From contig CP060233.1 in assembly GCA_023898665.1 (NCBI GenBank), positions 82,801 through 146,800 on the forward strand: a stretch of DNA of 64,000 nt. Reading direction: 5' to 3'. Under the pieces are notes generated by a model. The model did not search any database, was not told the origin of the DNA, and saw only the letters and a program-made list of their open reading frames with translations. The position numbers were made by a program, and so were the translations under genes. Shown here in pieces: positions 1-9,715 of the stretch. Within the stretch, counting starts at the first letter, position 1, and every line of letters starts with the position of its first letter. The DNA comes from Candidatus Nomurabacteria bacterium. GTDB taxonomy: Bacteria; Patescibacteriota; Saccharimonadia; Saccharimonadales; HK-STAS-PATE-42.

Positions 1-291
1 ATGCTCGTGTGGGTGGTGATGATGGAACCAGCTTAAGAACCTCTCTAATAGAAAGAAAAGTATAATACCGATTAGTGCAAAAGTTAACCCTTGTTCGTAT
101 AAGCCTTGCTCACCTGCTTCTTTTAAAAGGTCTAGGAAGGCTGCTGCGAGAAAAGTCCCTGCAGCAAAAGGTGCTCCATATTTTGCAATAGATTCAGCTC
201 TTGAGCGCTTACTAAGCAGAAGCACTCCCCCCGCAAGTGAAAATATACTGCCTATGGTTGAAAAAAGTAAGACTTGATATATGCTAGTCAT
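1..291 (-). CDS. ZIP-family divalent metal (zinc) transporter, N-terminal part; the gene runs off the window edge
   Basis: My own minus-strand translation from the ATG at 289-291 gives MTSIYQVLLFSTIGSIFSLAGGVLLL...FAAGTFLAAAFLDLLKEAGE...LERFLSWFHHHHPHEH. It shows hydrophobic helices followed by a His-rich loop, as in ZupT/ZIP proteins. It is missing from the ORF track because it is open at the edge. Confidence 0.55.
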   Translation of the reverse strand, partial: MTSIYQVLLFSTIGSIFSLAGGVLLLSKRSRAESIAKYGAPFAAGTFLAAAFLDLLKEAGEQGLYEQGLTFALIGIILFFLLERFLSWFHHHHPHEH

Positions 292-308
292 TTTTCTTTT
301 TGTATTAT

Positions 309-746
309 TTATTGATTTATTAACCTGCGTAGTTCTTGTAGCTCAGAGAAAATGTTATTAGACTTATCTTTTGGAGCCGGTAAATCTTTTATTATTAATA
401 CTTTTTCTCCATTTGCCGCTAGATTGAAATTCTCTTTTAGTGCTTTTTCTTGATACTCTTTTGAGGAATAATAGTTTTTTTGAAGAGCAAGATTCTTATT
501 GGCTTCTTCAAGTAATTGGGCTTTATTTTGTAGTGTCTCTAGTTTTGTTTGGAGTTTTTGATTATGCCTAATTGCCACTCCAGTATTCCAGACGAAATAA
601 ATACTAAAGAATATAACAATATAATTTATCCAATTACTTCGAGATGTAGCCTTCTTAAGCTTGGCTTTAAACTCAGATGAGTCAGTATCTTTTATACTCG
701 ATACGGTGGGAAAAGAGTCTAAACTAAGATTTTTAGTGAACTTCAT
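309..746 (-). CDS. FtsB/DivIC-like septum formation initiator (membrane-anchored coiled-coil protein)
   Basis: 145 aa. A single TM helix (WINYIVIFFSIYFVW) is followed by a heptad coiled coil (KLQTKLETLQNKAQLLEEANKNLALQ). The call rests on architecture only. Confidence 0.5.
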   Translation of the reverse strand: MKFTKNLSLDSFPTVSSIKDTDSSEFKAKLKKATSRSNWINYIVIFFSIYFVWNTGVAIRHNQKLQTKLETLQNKAQLLEEANKNLALQKNYYSSKEYQEKALKENFNLAANGEKVLIIKDLPAPKDKSNNIFSELQELRRLINQ

Positions 747-852
747 TTTTTTGATTTTTATTTTTAGTAGATCTTCAATTTGATTATAACATGACTATCA
801 AACTGTTAAAGCGCATTTGTTTAAAACTAAGGTATAAGGTATAACTTGAGCC

Positions 853-1572
853 ATGAATCAAAGTAATGGCGAAAAAGAAATTTTGAGAATTTATAACGAA
901 CTTGACAAGTTCTTTAGAACTTCTATTGGGCAAGATGAAGTGATTGATCATGCGGCAGTTTTACAAAGAATTTCTAGGATTAATCCCGAGGTTAACAGAT
1001 ATACTTATGAGCTTAGGTCTTTTTCTAAATTAAGGAACATGCTGGTCCATGATAGTAATGGGGCTAATCAAATGCCCTTGATTGAGCCCACAGAGTTTGC
1101 AGTTAAGAGATACCAAGAGCTTGCCGATTTGATTATGAAGCCAAAAAGAGCTCTTAATATTGCTGTTCGAGCAAGCCATGTTTTTACAGTGAAATTAAGT
1201 GATCACGCTACTAAAGTTATGGCCGAAATGAATAGAAAGACTTTTACCCATGCTCCAGTTATTCAAGATGGGAAGATGATCGGCGTGTTCAGTGAGAATA
1301 CTGTCTTTGCATATTTAGTGAAAGAGAAACAAAGCTTAATTGATGAACAAACTACAATTGGAGATTTTAAGGATTTTATTGGCTTTAATGATCATCCTAG
1401 CGAAAAGTTTGTTTTTGTATCATCAAACTCAACTGCAATGGAAATTCGCGAGATGTTCAGTGAGGCTGTTAAGAATGGAGTTAGGATCGGGATGATTTTT
1501 GTAACAGCAAATGGTAAGCCAAAAGAGAGTTTACTCGGAGTGATTACTGCCTGGGATTTAGCTAAGGCTTAA
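853..1572 (+). CDS. HEPN-like (Rx4H) domain fused to a CBS-pair domain protein
   Basis: 239 aa. The N-terminal helical region carries LRNMLVH, an R-x4-H motif typical of HEPN domains. The C-terminal half looks like tandem CBS motifs (HAPVIQDGKMIGVFSENTVFAYL ... GMIFVTANGKPKESLLGVITAWDL). Confidence 0.55.
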   Translation: MNQSNGEKEILRIYNELDKFFRTSIGQDEVIDHAAVLQRISRINPEVNRYTYELRSFSKLRNMLVHDSNGANQMPLIEPTEFAVKRYQELADLIMKPKRALNIAVRASHVFTVKLSDHATKVMAEMNRKTFTHAPVIQDGKMIGVFSENTVFAYLVKEKQSLIDEQTTIGDFKDFIGFNDHPSEKFVFVSSNSTAMEIREMFSEAVKNGVRIGMIFVTANGKPKESLLGVITAWDLAKA

Positions 1573-3307
1573 TTCGGTGCTTTTTCTTACCTGTATGGTC
1601 GCCCGCTCTTATTCGGAGTTTTTCTCGCCTCAACCTCAATAACTCGATCTCTGTCTGGAATTCATTACTACCCCCTATCATCGTGAATATCGGAGATTTC
1701 GTCGCTAGGTGAGTTTCTTCGCCATTCGTCATCCAATCTTTAACTTCCATTACAGAGAACCTCTCATGAATCTTTCTAAACGTGCCCTTATATGTGTAGC
1801 CAGCCAGCATACCATTAACCGTATCAATTAATCTTTGTCTTGCAACCCTTAATCTGGCTGTACTTCCAATAGTATCGGATTCTTGGCCAGGCTCGCCTCT
1901 ATGATTAATAATCCCCCATGGGAAAGTTATATACTCTCCAAATGGCTTAAGCTTTAGTCCTAGATTCACCATTGCTTCGGCAACATATGCAGCCATCTCG
2001 TCTGCTTCGGTATATGTTTTTGGAGCTTCAGTGTAAAACGGCCATGACTCAATGCTCGTTATCAACGATAACTTATCAGGTATACGAGGGTCGTGGCCCG
2101 CATCTTCTATCCTGCATGTTATATGATCCGGATCACCCTTAAGAAGTCTTTCCCTTTCTCTTCTAAACATACCTGTTGCCTTAGCCTCTTCATCCATACC
2201 AAGTTCAGCTTCATGAGCTATAACTTTTGGATCTAGCATATCCAGACTCATAAAACGTGAGGGACAAGCATGTCCGTGGGTTACGGCAAAAGCTGCGGCC
2301 TTGTTCGCAATGGCCACATAAAATTTTCCAATTTTCTCAGGATCGAACCTATATACTCGAGTTGATTCTGCTTTAATTTGGTAAGCTTCCTTTCTATATT
2401 GATTGGCTGTATCACTATCTCCCTCCCTTTTTGCAAGTTTAGCCAGTTCAAAGAGATAGCCAACCTGCTCAGACACCTTTGGGTCTACTATTATTCTGCT
2501 TGTGTTCGTAATTTGTTCAGCAGCAGTAGTTCCAGATAGAGTATCGTTGAAAGCATCTACTCGCCATCTTCTTTCTATAGGTATGTATTTCTCGTCTTCC
2601 ACCTTCATATTCATTCTTTCGGCTACAGCCTGTAATGAGGAGGATCCATAATCTCGCCGGTCTTCTCGATCAATAATTTGAGTAGCATTATGACCGAGAT
2701 ATATTAACGAATGTCTAATATAATCCTGGATCCTTAACCGATCACCAGATAGTTCGAGAGGAATTGTCGCTAAAGAAATTTGAATGTGCGAAGTAAGAGT
2801 TCGATAGAATTCGGTGCCTCTTGCTCCATGTTCGGCATGAATTATGTTTGTCATCTGACTATCAGCATCGATGTTCTCCCCTATCTCAAAAACTCCTTCG
2901 AGTGTTAGCCCCGTGATTAAAGAAGCTAGGTCTCCACATTTTCGAAACCATATTGACCTACGTGCCTCAGGATATATCCCAAAAGATGCTCCAATATCTA
3001 AAGCTATTATTGCTTCATGAGGGTAGGTCTTCCACATGACTTCTCTCAATTGTTTAAATCTATCAAGAAATACTGGTACTCTCAGCCAAGCATATACATC
3101 ACTTGCACTCACTAAAGCGCTGGCACTAGTATCGGCCGGATCTCGCCTTGCTTCATCGCTTGCTTTTTTGAGGTCACCAAGATTACAAACTGACAATAGA
3201 TCAATTGAGTCTCTTAAGTGGTTCACATAGGTAGGGTTTAGACCAAGCTGTTCAGAGCTAACCAGCCCAGAACCTTGTTCGGCAACAATTGATCTTAACA
3301 AACTCAT
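1562..3307 (-). CDS. Hypothetical protein, 581 aa, no family recognised
   Basis: Long uninterrupted ORF, GC-richer than its neighbours. His/Cys-containing patches (IIHAEHGARG, THGHACPSRF). Its 3' end overlaps the convergent HEPN-CBS gene by 11 nt. Confidence 0.6.
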   Translation of the reverse strand: MSLLRSIVAEQGSGLVSSEQLGLNPTYVNHLRDSIDLLSVCNLGDLKKASDEARRDPADTSASALVSASDVYAWLRVPVFLDRFKQLREVMWKTYPHEAIIALDIGASFGIYPEARRSIWFRKCGDLASLITGLTLEGVFEIGENIDADSQMTNIIHAEHGARGTEFYRTLTSHIQISLATIPLELSGDRLRIQDYIRHSLIYLGHNATQIIDREDRRDYGSSSLQAVAERMNMKVEDEKYIPIERRWRVDAFNDTLSGTTAAEQITNTSRIIVDPKVSEQVGYLFELAKLAKREGDSDTANQYRKEAYQIKAESTRVYRFDPEKIGKFYVAIANKAAAFAVTHGHACPSRFMSLDMLDPKVIAHEAELGMDEEAKATGMFRRERERLLKGDPDHITCRIEDAGHDPRIPDKLSLITSIESWPFYTEAPKTYTEADEMAAYVAEAMVNLGLKLKPFGEYITFPWGIINHRGEPGQESDTIGSTARLRVARQRLIDTVNGMLAGYTYKGTFRKIHERFSVMEVKDWMTNGEETHLATKSPIFTMIGGSNEFQTEIELLRLRREKLRIRAGDHTGKKKHRIKP

Positions 3308-3394
3308 ATTCTTTAGCCATAGATTTTAACACTCTGTCAACCTGTTAACCAAAAGCACTTAGCCTCGGAATTATGATCTGCTACACTTAAAGTT

Positions 3395-4159
3395 ATGAAA
3401 AATGATGATGTTATTATGCAGGTTAAAAACCTGACAAAAATTTACGACAAAAAGAAGGTAGTTAACGGAATTGATTTTGAAGTTAAGAGGGGCGAGATTT
3501 TTGGGATCTTAGGTCCAAACGGAGCTGGAAAGACTACAACTCTTGAGATGCTAGAAGCTCTTAGACAAATTGATGGCGGCGAGGCACTACTTGATGGAGT
3601 TAATGTGGCGAAAGATCCTCAAAAGATTAAAGCCTTAATCGGAGTGCAGCCTCAAACTCCAGCATTTGCCGAGAAACTTAAGCTTACAGAAATTATTGAC
3701 ATGTTTGCTGCAGCTTATGGAGAGAAAGTAAATGCTAAAGAATTCTTAAGAGATGTTGATTTAGAAGAAAAAGCCAGTGCTTACTCTGAGAATTTATCCG
3801 GAGGACAGAGACAAAGGTTAAGCATTGCGGCAGCGTTAGTACATGGACCAAAGGTCTTCTTTTTAGATGAGCCTACTACAGGGCTTGACCCTCAGGCTAG
3901 AAGAAATCTTTGGGGATTAATTGAGGATGTCAGAAAAAAAGGTGTAACTGTCATTATGACAACTCATTATATGGACGAGGCTGAACTACTTTGTGACCGA
4001 ATTGCCATTATGGATAACGGAAAAATAGTTGCTCTAGATACACCAAAGAATTTGATTAAGAATCTACTAAAAAAAGGATTTAAGAAGGAACAAACTGTTG
4101 AGCAGGCTAATTTAGAAGATGTCTTTATAGACTTAACCGGGAAGGATTTAAGGGATTGA
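3395..4159 (+). CDS. ABC transporter ATP-binding protein (ABC-2/DrrA-like)
   Basis: Walker A GPNGAGKTT, ABC signature LSGGQRQRL and Walker B FFLDEPTTGLD. A permease gene follows 4 nt downstream. Confidence 0.9.
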   Translation: MKNDDVIMQVKNLTKIYDKKKVVNGIDFEVKRGEIFGILGPNGAGKTTTLEMLEALRQIDGGEALLDGVNVAKDPQKIKALIGVQPQTPAFAEKLKLTEIIDMFAAAYGEKVNAKEFLRDVDLEEKASAYSENLSGGQRQRLSIAAALVHGPKVFFLDEPTTGLDPQARRNLWGLIEDVRKKGVTVIMTTHYMDEAELLCDRIAIMDNGKIVALDTPKNLIKNLLKKGFKKEQTVEQANLEDVFIDLTGKDLRD

Positions 4160-4163
4160 TTTT

Positions 4164-5276
4164 ATGATTAAAAAAGAATTATTTACAATCTGGGTTTTTG
4201 CAAAGTTAGAAACTTTTAGAACATTTAGAGATAAAGTTGCTCTGTTTTTTACTTTTGTCTTCCCTTTAATCTTCTTGTTTATTTTTGGGGGAATTTTTGG
4301 AGGTAATAACTCCGTTAAGTTTAAGGTGGCAGTTTTGAATGAATCTAAGAGTGATTTTTCGCAAGGTTTTGTTAAGCAACTAACAGAAGATGAAACTTTT
4401 GATATTGATAAAGAATCTACTAGCCTAGATCTTGCTAAAGCTAAGATGGATCGAGGGCAATTAGACGCCACTATAGTTCTACCCCAAAACTTTGGTGAAA
4501 AATCAGGAAACAATGCTTACCCAAGTGGTGAGGCTCAAGTTATTTATAACCAAAATAATGAGCAGGCTGCCACAACCCTCACTTCTGTTTTAGGTGGAGC
4601 ATTTGAAAAGGTGAATGCTGGCTTTGTTAAGTCGGAGACTCCCTTCAGCGTAAAAGCTATATCTACCGCAAAGGAAGGTCAGCGAAGATTTGACTATACT
4701 TTTGCTGGTCTTGTGGGATTCTCTATCCTGGGTTTAGGTATTTTTGGGCCGACTACAGTATTCCCACAAATGAAGCAAAAAGGAATTTTAAAAAGACTTC
4801 ACACTACTACACTTAAGGTTAGACAGTACTTTATTGCGAATGCTCTTTCATCTTCAATTATAGGAATAGTCTCTGTTGCAATGATGTTTGTCGCAGCAAG
4901 AATATTCTTTGATCTCAATATGAATGGGGACTATTTAAGCTTAATGGCAATTGTTGTTTTGGGGACTATCACCTTGTTCGGAATTGGTCTCGCGATTGGT
5001 GGCTGGGCAAAAAACGAGAATCAAGCAGCGCCACTTGCTCAGATAGTCACATTCCCGATGATGTTCTTAAGTGGGGTCTTCTTCCCAAGGTTTGCAATGC
5101 CTGAGATATTACAGAGAGTTTCCTCATTCTTCCCTCTTACTCCAGTAGTGGACGGCGTAAGATTAATTGTTACTGAAGGAAGAACTATTTTTGACCTTGG
5201 CCCACAGGTAGGGTTGCTAGCAGCATGGATAGTAATAATCTATACCATCGCGTTTAGAGCGTTTAGGTGGGAATAG
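4164..5276 (+). CDS. ABC-2 type transporter permease
   Basis: 370 aa. An N-terminal TM helix and a large extracytoplasmic loop are followed by about 5 C-terminal TM helices. It is translationally coupled to the ATPase gene. Confidence 0.8.
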   Translation: MIKKELFTIWVFAKLETFRTFRDKVALFFTFVFPLIFLFIFGGIFGGNNSVKFKVAVLNESKSDFSQGFVKQLTEDETFDIDKESTSLDLAKAKMDRGQLDATIVLPQNFGEKSGNNAYPSGEAQVIYNQNNEQAATTLTSVLGGAFEKVNAGFVKSETPFSVKAISTAKEGQRRFDYTFAGLVGFSILGLGIFGPTTVFPQMKQKGILKRLHTTTLKVRQYFIANALSSSIIGIVSVAMMFVAARIFFDLNMNGDYLSLMAIVVLGTITLFGIGLAIGGWAKNENQAAPLAQIVTFPMMFLSGVFFPRFAMPEILQRVSSFFPLTPVVDGVRLIVTEGRTIFDLGPQVGLLAAWIVIIYTIAFRAFRWE

Positions 5277-5295
5277 AAATGTTATTTAATAAATT

Positions 5296-7539
5296 CTAAT
5301 TGATAGTTTGGTTTACTAATTTGTACTCATCGACAAAGTGCTTATCAAATCTATTAGACTTAACCAGTTTGTAGCGAGGATCCTTTTTTATTTTAAACTC
5401 AGGGTCTTTCTCCCAGTGTAGGTGGTAAACGGTACTAGCAAAGACGTCGTCTGTCGAGCTGACTCTGCTGGTACTAAATCTCAAAGGAGCATAACCACCG
5501 TACGGACCAAGCTCTTCTTTTGAGTAAAAACGTAGGTCACAATCTTGGTAGTAATAAGAAGAATCGATGTAAGCAAATGGATCTTCTGCTACTATAGTTG
5601 CGCTAGAACAGTCTCCAATGCTTTCTCGAATAATTTTTGAGTTTGGTTTGTTTAAGCTCTGGAAGTTGTAATTTCCTGTTTTGCTCAAATTAGTCACTCC
5701 GGAGATTAACAAACCCAGTGATAAGAATGTCAGAATTATTGAGCTTAAGTGCTTACCATTGCGCCAGGCGGAATCAAGAGTTATACCAATAAGTGCATAG
5801 CCAAAGATAATAAAGTGTGCTAAGTATCTCTCCATAAAATATGGCTTTAGTGGAGGTATAGAAATAACTGCAAAGAATAAAATTGGAACCAGAAGAATTG
5901 ATAAAAATAAGTTAAGACCGTTCTTTTCTTTTTTTAAAGCTTTAGAATAGTTATGAGAAATTAGTTTCACTAAAATAATAAAGAAAGTTAGCAGCAACAA
6001 ACTGAGAACGACTGATATTTGCCATTCTGGCTCGTAACTTATGACAAAGCTTAAGATTCTAGTTAACTCTTTAAATGTAACTGGAGAGGTTATACTTGGA
6101 AGAGCCGAATGCTGGAATTGCCCGATAAGTGTAGGGACGTATGGAGCAAAAAGTAAGCCCGCAACTCCAAATGCAATTACGAATTTTTGCTTTAGCAACG
6201 AAGGTATTAAAGAGACTTTTGTTTTGGAGTTCTTTACATCTCTAATGTATGAAGAGACTAAATAAAGTCCATGAGCAAGCCAAACAACTATACTCATATA
6301 AAGTGTATAGAGACCTAGAACTACTAGTGCTGAATATAGCAACCAGTGCTTAAGTTTATCTGATTCTTTTGCTTTTACTAAAACATATGTAGCGAGTATG
6401 CATATGAGCATGACCATTGAGTACATACGGATCTCAAAACTATAGCGCATTAAGAATGGGGAGATAATTAGGAATGGTAGTGAAATAACTGCCGATGAAG
6501 GTCTAAAGACTTTTTTAATTAACACAAACATAGCACTTAAGCTTAGGGCTGCAAAAACTGCGCTTAGAGATCTTAATGCCAATTCGCTGTAGCCGAGTAT
6601 AGTCGCCCACCCCTTTAGAATTAGGTAATAAAGTGGAGGATGGGCATCGACTGCTGTTAAACTTAGGAGATCTGAGACTGGCCTTTTAGCGAGTGTAATT
6701 GAATATCCTTCATCAAACCAAATACTCTGCTTTAAACCAATGTGCATAGAGAGCAAAAATACACCAATCATCGAAAACATCAAAATTGCTTTATAGTGTC
6801 TGTTAGCAAATCGGCCCCATGATTCTACTCTAACTAAGATTACATCAGCCAAGGTTTTGAACCCGGCCCCCATCAAGCCGTCCCCCCTCAAGCCCTCTTC
6901 CCGCTCTTCTTGCCAATCAGAAATCTCTTGTTGAGTGATTTTTAATTTATTTTCTTTTGCTAACTGGAGCATCTCTATATCGAACCCCCAGCCGTTGAGG
7001 CGCTGCCTCGTAAAGACTTTTCTTGCGGCATCTTTTTTAAAACCTTTGTAACCGCACTGAGTATCTCTTATTCTTGGGAATAGCAGAACCCTTGTTATTA
7101 AATTACTCCCTATAGAGAAAAGTGTTCTTAGTTTACCAGGATGTATTTTGCTAAGTCTTCGGACTCCAACGACTACATCACTTTCGCCTCTCAGGCTTTG
7201 AACTGTCTTGGTGATATGATGGAGCGGTGTAGCAAGATCTGCATCCATGAATATCTGGACATCACCTTGGGCATTGTCAAAACCGATTCTTACGCTTAAG
7301 CCCTTACCTCTTTTATGACCTGGATCAATAACTTTAAGTTTTTCGAATTTAGAAGAAAGTTTTCTAGCAAGTACTGCAGTATCATCGGTACCCGATGCAA
7401 TCACTATTACTTCCGTTACCCCTAAAACTTTTCTTTTTTTATACAGGTAATTAGCGAGCTTTTGGAGAGTGGACTCAATAACCACAGACTCATTGTAGGC
7501 TGGGATAATGATACTGGTATCGATCTTGGGCATTGTCAC
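5296..7539 (-). CDS. Fusion protein: GT2 polyprenyl-phosphate glycosyltransferase domain plus a multi-pass GT39/ArnT-like (PMT-type) glycosyltransferase domain
   Basis: 747 aa. The N-terminal ~230 aa have GT2 hallmarks (IIIPAYNES, DADLATP, QCGYKGF). The remainder is about 11 TM helices with a soluble C-terminal domain, as in dolichyl/undecaprenyl-phosphate-sugar-dependent transferases. Confidence 0.75.
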   Translation of the reverse strand: MTMPKIDTSIIIPAYNESVVIESTLQKLANYLYKKRKVLGVTEVIVIASGTDDTAVLARKLSSKFEKLKVIDPGHKRGKGLSVRIGFDNAQGDVQIFMDADLATPLHHITKTVQSLRGESDVVVGVRRLSKIHPGKLRTLFSIGSNLITRVLLFPRIRDTQCGYKGFKKDAARKVFTRQRLNGWGFDIEMLQLAKENKLKITQQEISDWQEEREEGLRGDGLMGAGFKTLADVILVRVESWGRFANRHYKAILMFSMIGVFLLSMHIGLKQSIWFDEGYSITLAKRPVSDLLSLTAVDAHPPLYYLILKGWATILGYSELALRSLSAVFAALSLSAMFVLIKKVFRPSSAVISLPFLIISPFLMRYSFEIRMYSMVMLICILATYVLVKAKESDKLKHWLLYSALVVLGLYTLYMSIVVWLAHGLYLVSSYIRDVKNSKTKVSLIPSLLKQKFVIAFGVAGLLFAPYVPTLIGQFQHSALPSITSPVTFKELTRILSFVISYEPEWQISVVLSLLLLTFFIILVKLISHNYSKALKKEKNGLNLFLSILLVPILFFAVISIPPLKPYFMERYLAHFIIFGYALIGITLDSAWRNGKHLSSIILTFLSLGLLISGVTNLSKTGNYNFQSLNKPNSKIIRESIGDCSSATIVAEDPFAYIDSSYYYQDCDLRFYSKEELGPYGGYAPLRFSTSRVSSTDDVFASTVYHLHWEKDPEFKIKKDPRYKLVKSNRFDKHFVDEYKLVNQTIN

Positions 7540-7590
7540 CTTTTAATCCCATTCTTTTTTATATTTATAATTTCTAATTATAAATCATCA

Positions 7591-8512
7591 TTAAAGCTGA
7601 GGGAAGCCGAGGTTCTCTATAATCTCATCCCCAAACCACCCAAGCCCATGGTGTTTATCTATATTGTCTAGATAAACGTTAAAGAGCTGATTTGTGCCAG
7701 CTAAGTGAGTGCGACGCACTTTCCTTAGATCGAAAGAGACTGGATGTAAGATGGCCATAGTATCCCTTGCCTCTTGAACAGGAATCGGCCCACCTAGTAC
7801 ATCTACCGTAATCCCAAATTTTCTTGCCCGAGCAATCACAAAGTCTTCTGTCATTGCTACTATGGTGTCTACGTCTGGAAAATGGTCAAGTTGGTCCCCT
7901 TCAATTTTCTCTGGCTGAATCGGCCCAAAGTAATGATCTATCTCTTCTGTTACACGTATCTCTTCTGCTGATATGTTTCCATCCCCAAAATAATCAGATA
8001 TGGAGCTAACTGCGTAGCCATAGGCAGCTCTTAGGACAGCTTGAAAGCCTCTCTCTTGTTTTTTTGTCCTCTGCTATTGAAGTTAGTCTAGATATTTCCA
8101 CACATCTTGGAATATCCACCGAACAAAGCAAGGATGGGAAATACTCCTCCATAGGTAAAGACTCCTCTAATGTTCCATGGACAAGTCTGGCTGTTGCAAA
8201 TAGGCTGGCCGCCCTTTTGCCGACACGCTCCATTACAACAATCCTTTCTGACCTGTGATCTAAGGCTCGAATTCTTGCAAGATCCTCCTTGCAGTTAGCA
8301 ATGATGCCTGCCTGCTGATAACTAACCTGCACAAGACGTACGGCTGCCTCATCCTCAACAGGAAGTAGGAGTCCGCTTCTGCCTGGTTCGTCTGGTAGCC
8401 TCGATATAGCGACACCAAATTTTACGTTATTTGGTGCTCCATCAAAAAAGTCTGTCTCAATTACTATCTCCGAGGGTTTAGAATTATAAGTCATTAGTCT
8501 CTTAATACCCAA
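7591..8512 (-). pseudogene. Frameshifted gene for a ~306-aa GNAT-fold N-acyltransferase-like protein (weak functional call)
   Basis: ORFs 8006..8512 and 7591..7854 plus the stretch between them read as one protein if one base is removed from the T7 run at 8059..8065. The junction reads ...VEISRLTSIAEDKK|QERGFQAVLRAAYGYAVSSISDYFGDG...VAMTEDFVIARARKFG. Confidence 0.5.
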
Positions 8513-8578
8513 TTTAATCTATGGTATCTAATCTAAAATAAGCCTAGACCCTCAGCTAGGCTTTATAGCTAGGTAAAA

Positions 8579-8654
8579 TGGTGGGGGCGGTAGGATTTGA
8601 ACCTACGACCAATCAGTTATGAGCCGACTGCTCTAACCCCTGAGCTACGCCCCC
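8579..8654 (-). tRNA. tRNA-Met (anticodon CAU; could also be a lysidine-modified Ile2 type)
   Basis: Hand-folded cloverleaf from the reverse complement: GGGGGCG TA GCTC AGGGGTTA GAGC A GTCGG CTCATAA CTGAT ... GGTTCAAATCC ... CGCCCCC ACCA. CCA is encoded. Confidence 0.88.
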
Positions 8655-8728
8655 ATTAAGTTTAATTATAACTCAATTACCTCTGTTTTTTGAAGTTTAG
8701 TAGGCTAAACTATTGTAGAATTAGATAT

Positions 8729-9715
8729 ATGGAAACAGAACAGAAGAGATCCTCAAAAAAACTACTGGGTTTAATTTTAGTGACATTATTATTTATTTTG
8801 GGGATTGTTGCTTGGAATAATAAGTGGGAAATTCATGATAGATGGGTTTCGCAGAGTTATAAATCTACCCAAGACTCCGCTGAAGTTTTGAATAATCTTC
8901 AACTTACTTCAAAGGGAGATCTGGTATACCGAGCTAGCTTAACTGAGGTTGATGATAAAGATAATTTTAGAGAAAAATGCCCTGTGCAAGCTTACGAACA
9001 GGCCAGTGTCTTGGGATGTTACGGAAATAGAAAGATCTACGTTCTTAAAGTAGATGAACCTAAACTTAACGGAGTCGAAGAAGTCACCGCAGCGCATGAG
9101 CTCCTACATGCAAAATTCGAAAGAATGGATCCTTCTGAGAAATTAAAGGTTGGGAGACTTGTTAAAAGCTTAAGGTCTAGAACAGAAGACAAAGAAACTA
9201 GAGATCTTGTGAGAAATTATGAGAGCAAACTTGGGCCAGGTGAGGAGCTGAATAATGAAATGTTCGCCATCTTTGGCACTCAGCTTAAAGATGTTGGGAG
9301 TGAGCTTGAGGATATTTATTCAGAATATTTTAAGGACAGGAGTGCGATTGTAGACTATTACCTTGCTTATAGCTCTGAATTTAAAAGAATAAACTCTGTT
9401 ATAAAAGAATACGACAAGAAACTAAGTGACTTAAGGGACCAGAAAAATAATCTAGAAGTAGAGATTAATCTTTTAAGTCTTCAGCTTGATAGAGAAAAAG
9501 ATTCGATTGATTATTTGCAAAACAGTGACAGCCAAGAAGAATATCAATCTGCTGTAGAAGAATATAACTCTAAAGTAAAAATTTTTAACTCTAAAGTAGA
9601 AGAAATTAAGTCTATAATCGGTGAATATAACAGCATTGTTGAAAAAAGGAATACTGAGGCTCTTGCTGCAAAGGGCTTAGCAGATAAGCTTAACGCAAAT
9701 GTTGAAGAACGCTAG
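8729..9715 (+). CDS. Membrane-anchored protein with an HExxH motif and a long C-terminal coiled coil
   Basis: The ORF-track frame starts at TTG 8690, but ATG 8729 (METEQKR) is the more likely start. It has a TM helix (LLGLILVTLLFILGIVAW), an AAHELLHAKFERM zinc-metalloprotease-like motif and heptad repeats near the C-terminus. Confidence 0.6.
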   Translation: METEQKRSSKKLLGLILVTLLFILGIVAWNNKWEIHDRWVSQSYKSTQDSAEVLNNLQLTSKGDLVYRASLTEVDDKDNFREKCPVQAYEQASVLGCYGNRKIYVLKVDEPKLNGVEEVTAAHELLHAKFERMDPSEKLKVGRLVKSLRSRTEDKETRDLVRNYESKLGPGEELNNEMFAIFGTQLKDVGSELEDIYSEYFKDRSAIVDYYLAYSSEFKRINSVIKEYDKKLSDLRDQKNNLEVEINLLSLQLDREKDSIDYLQNSDSQEEYQSAVEEYNSKVKIFNSKVEEIKSIIGEYNSIVEKRNTEALAAKGLADKLNANVEER

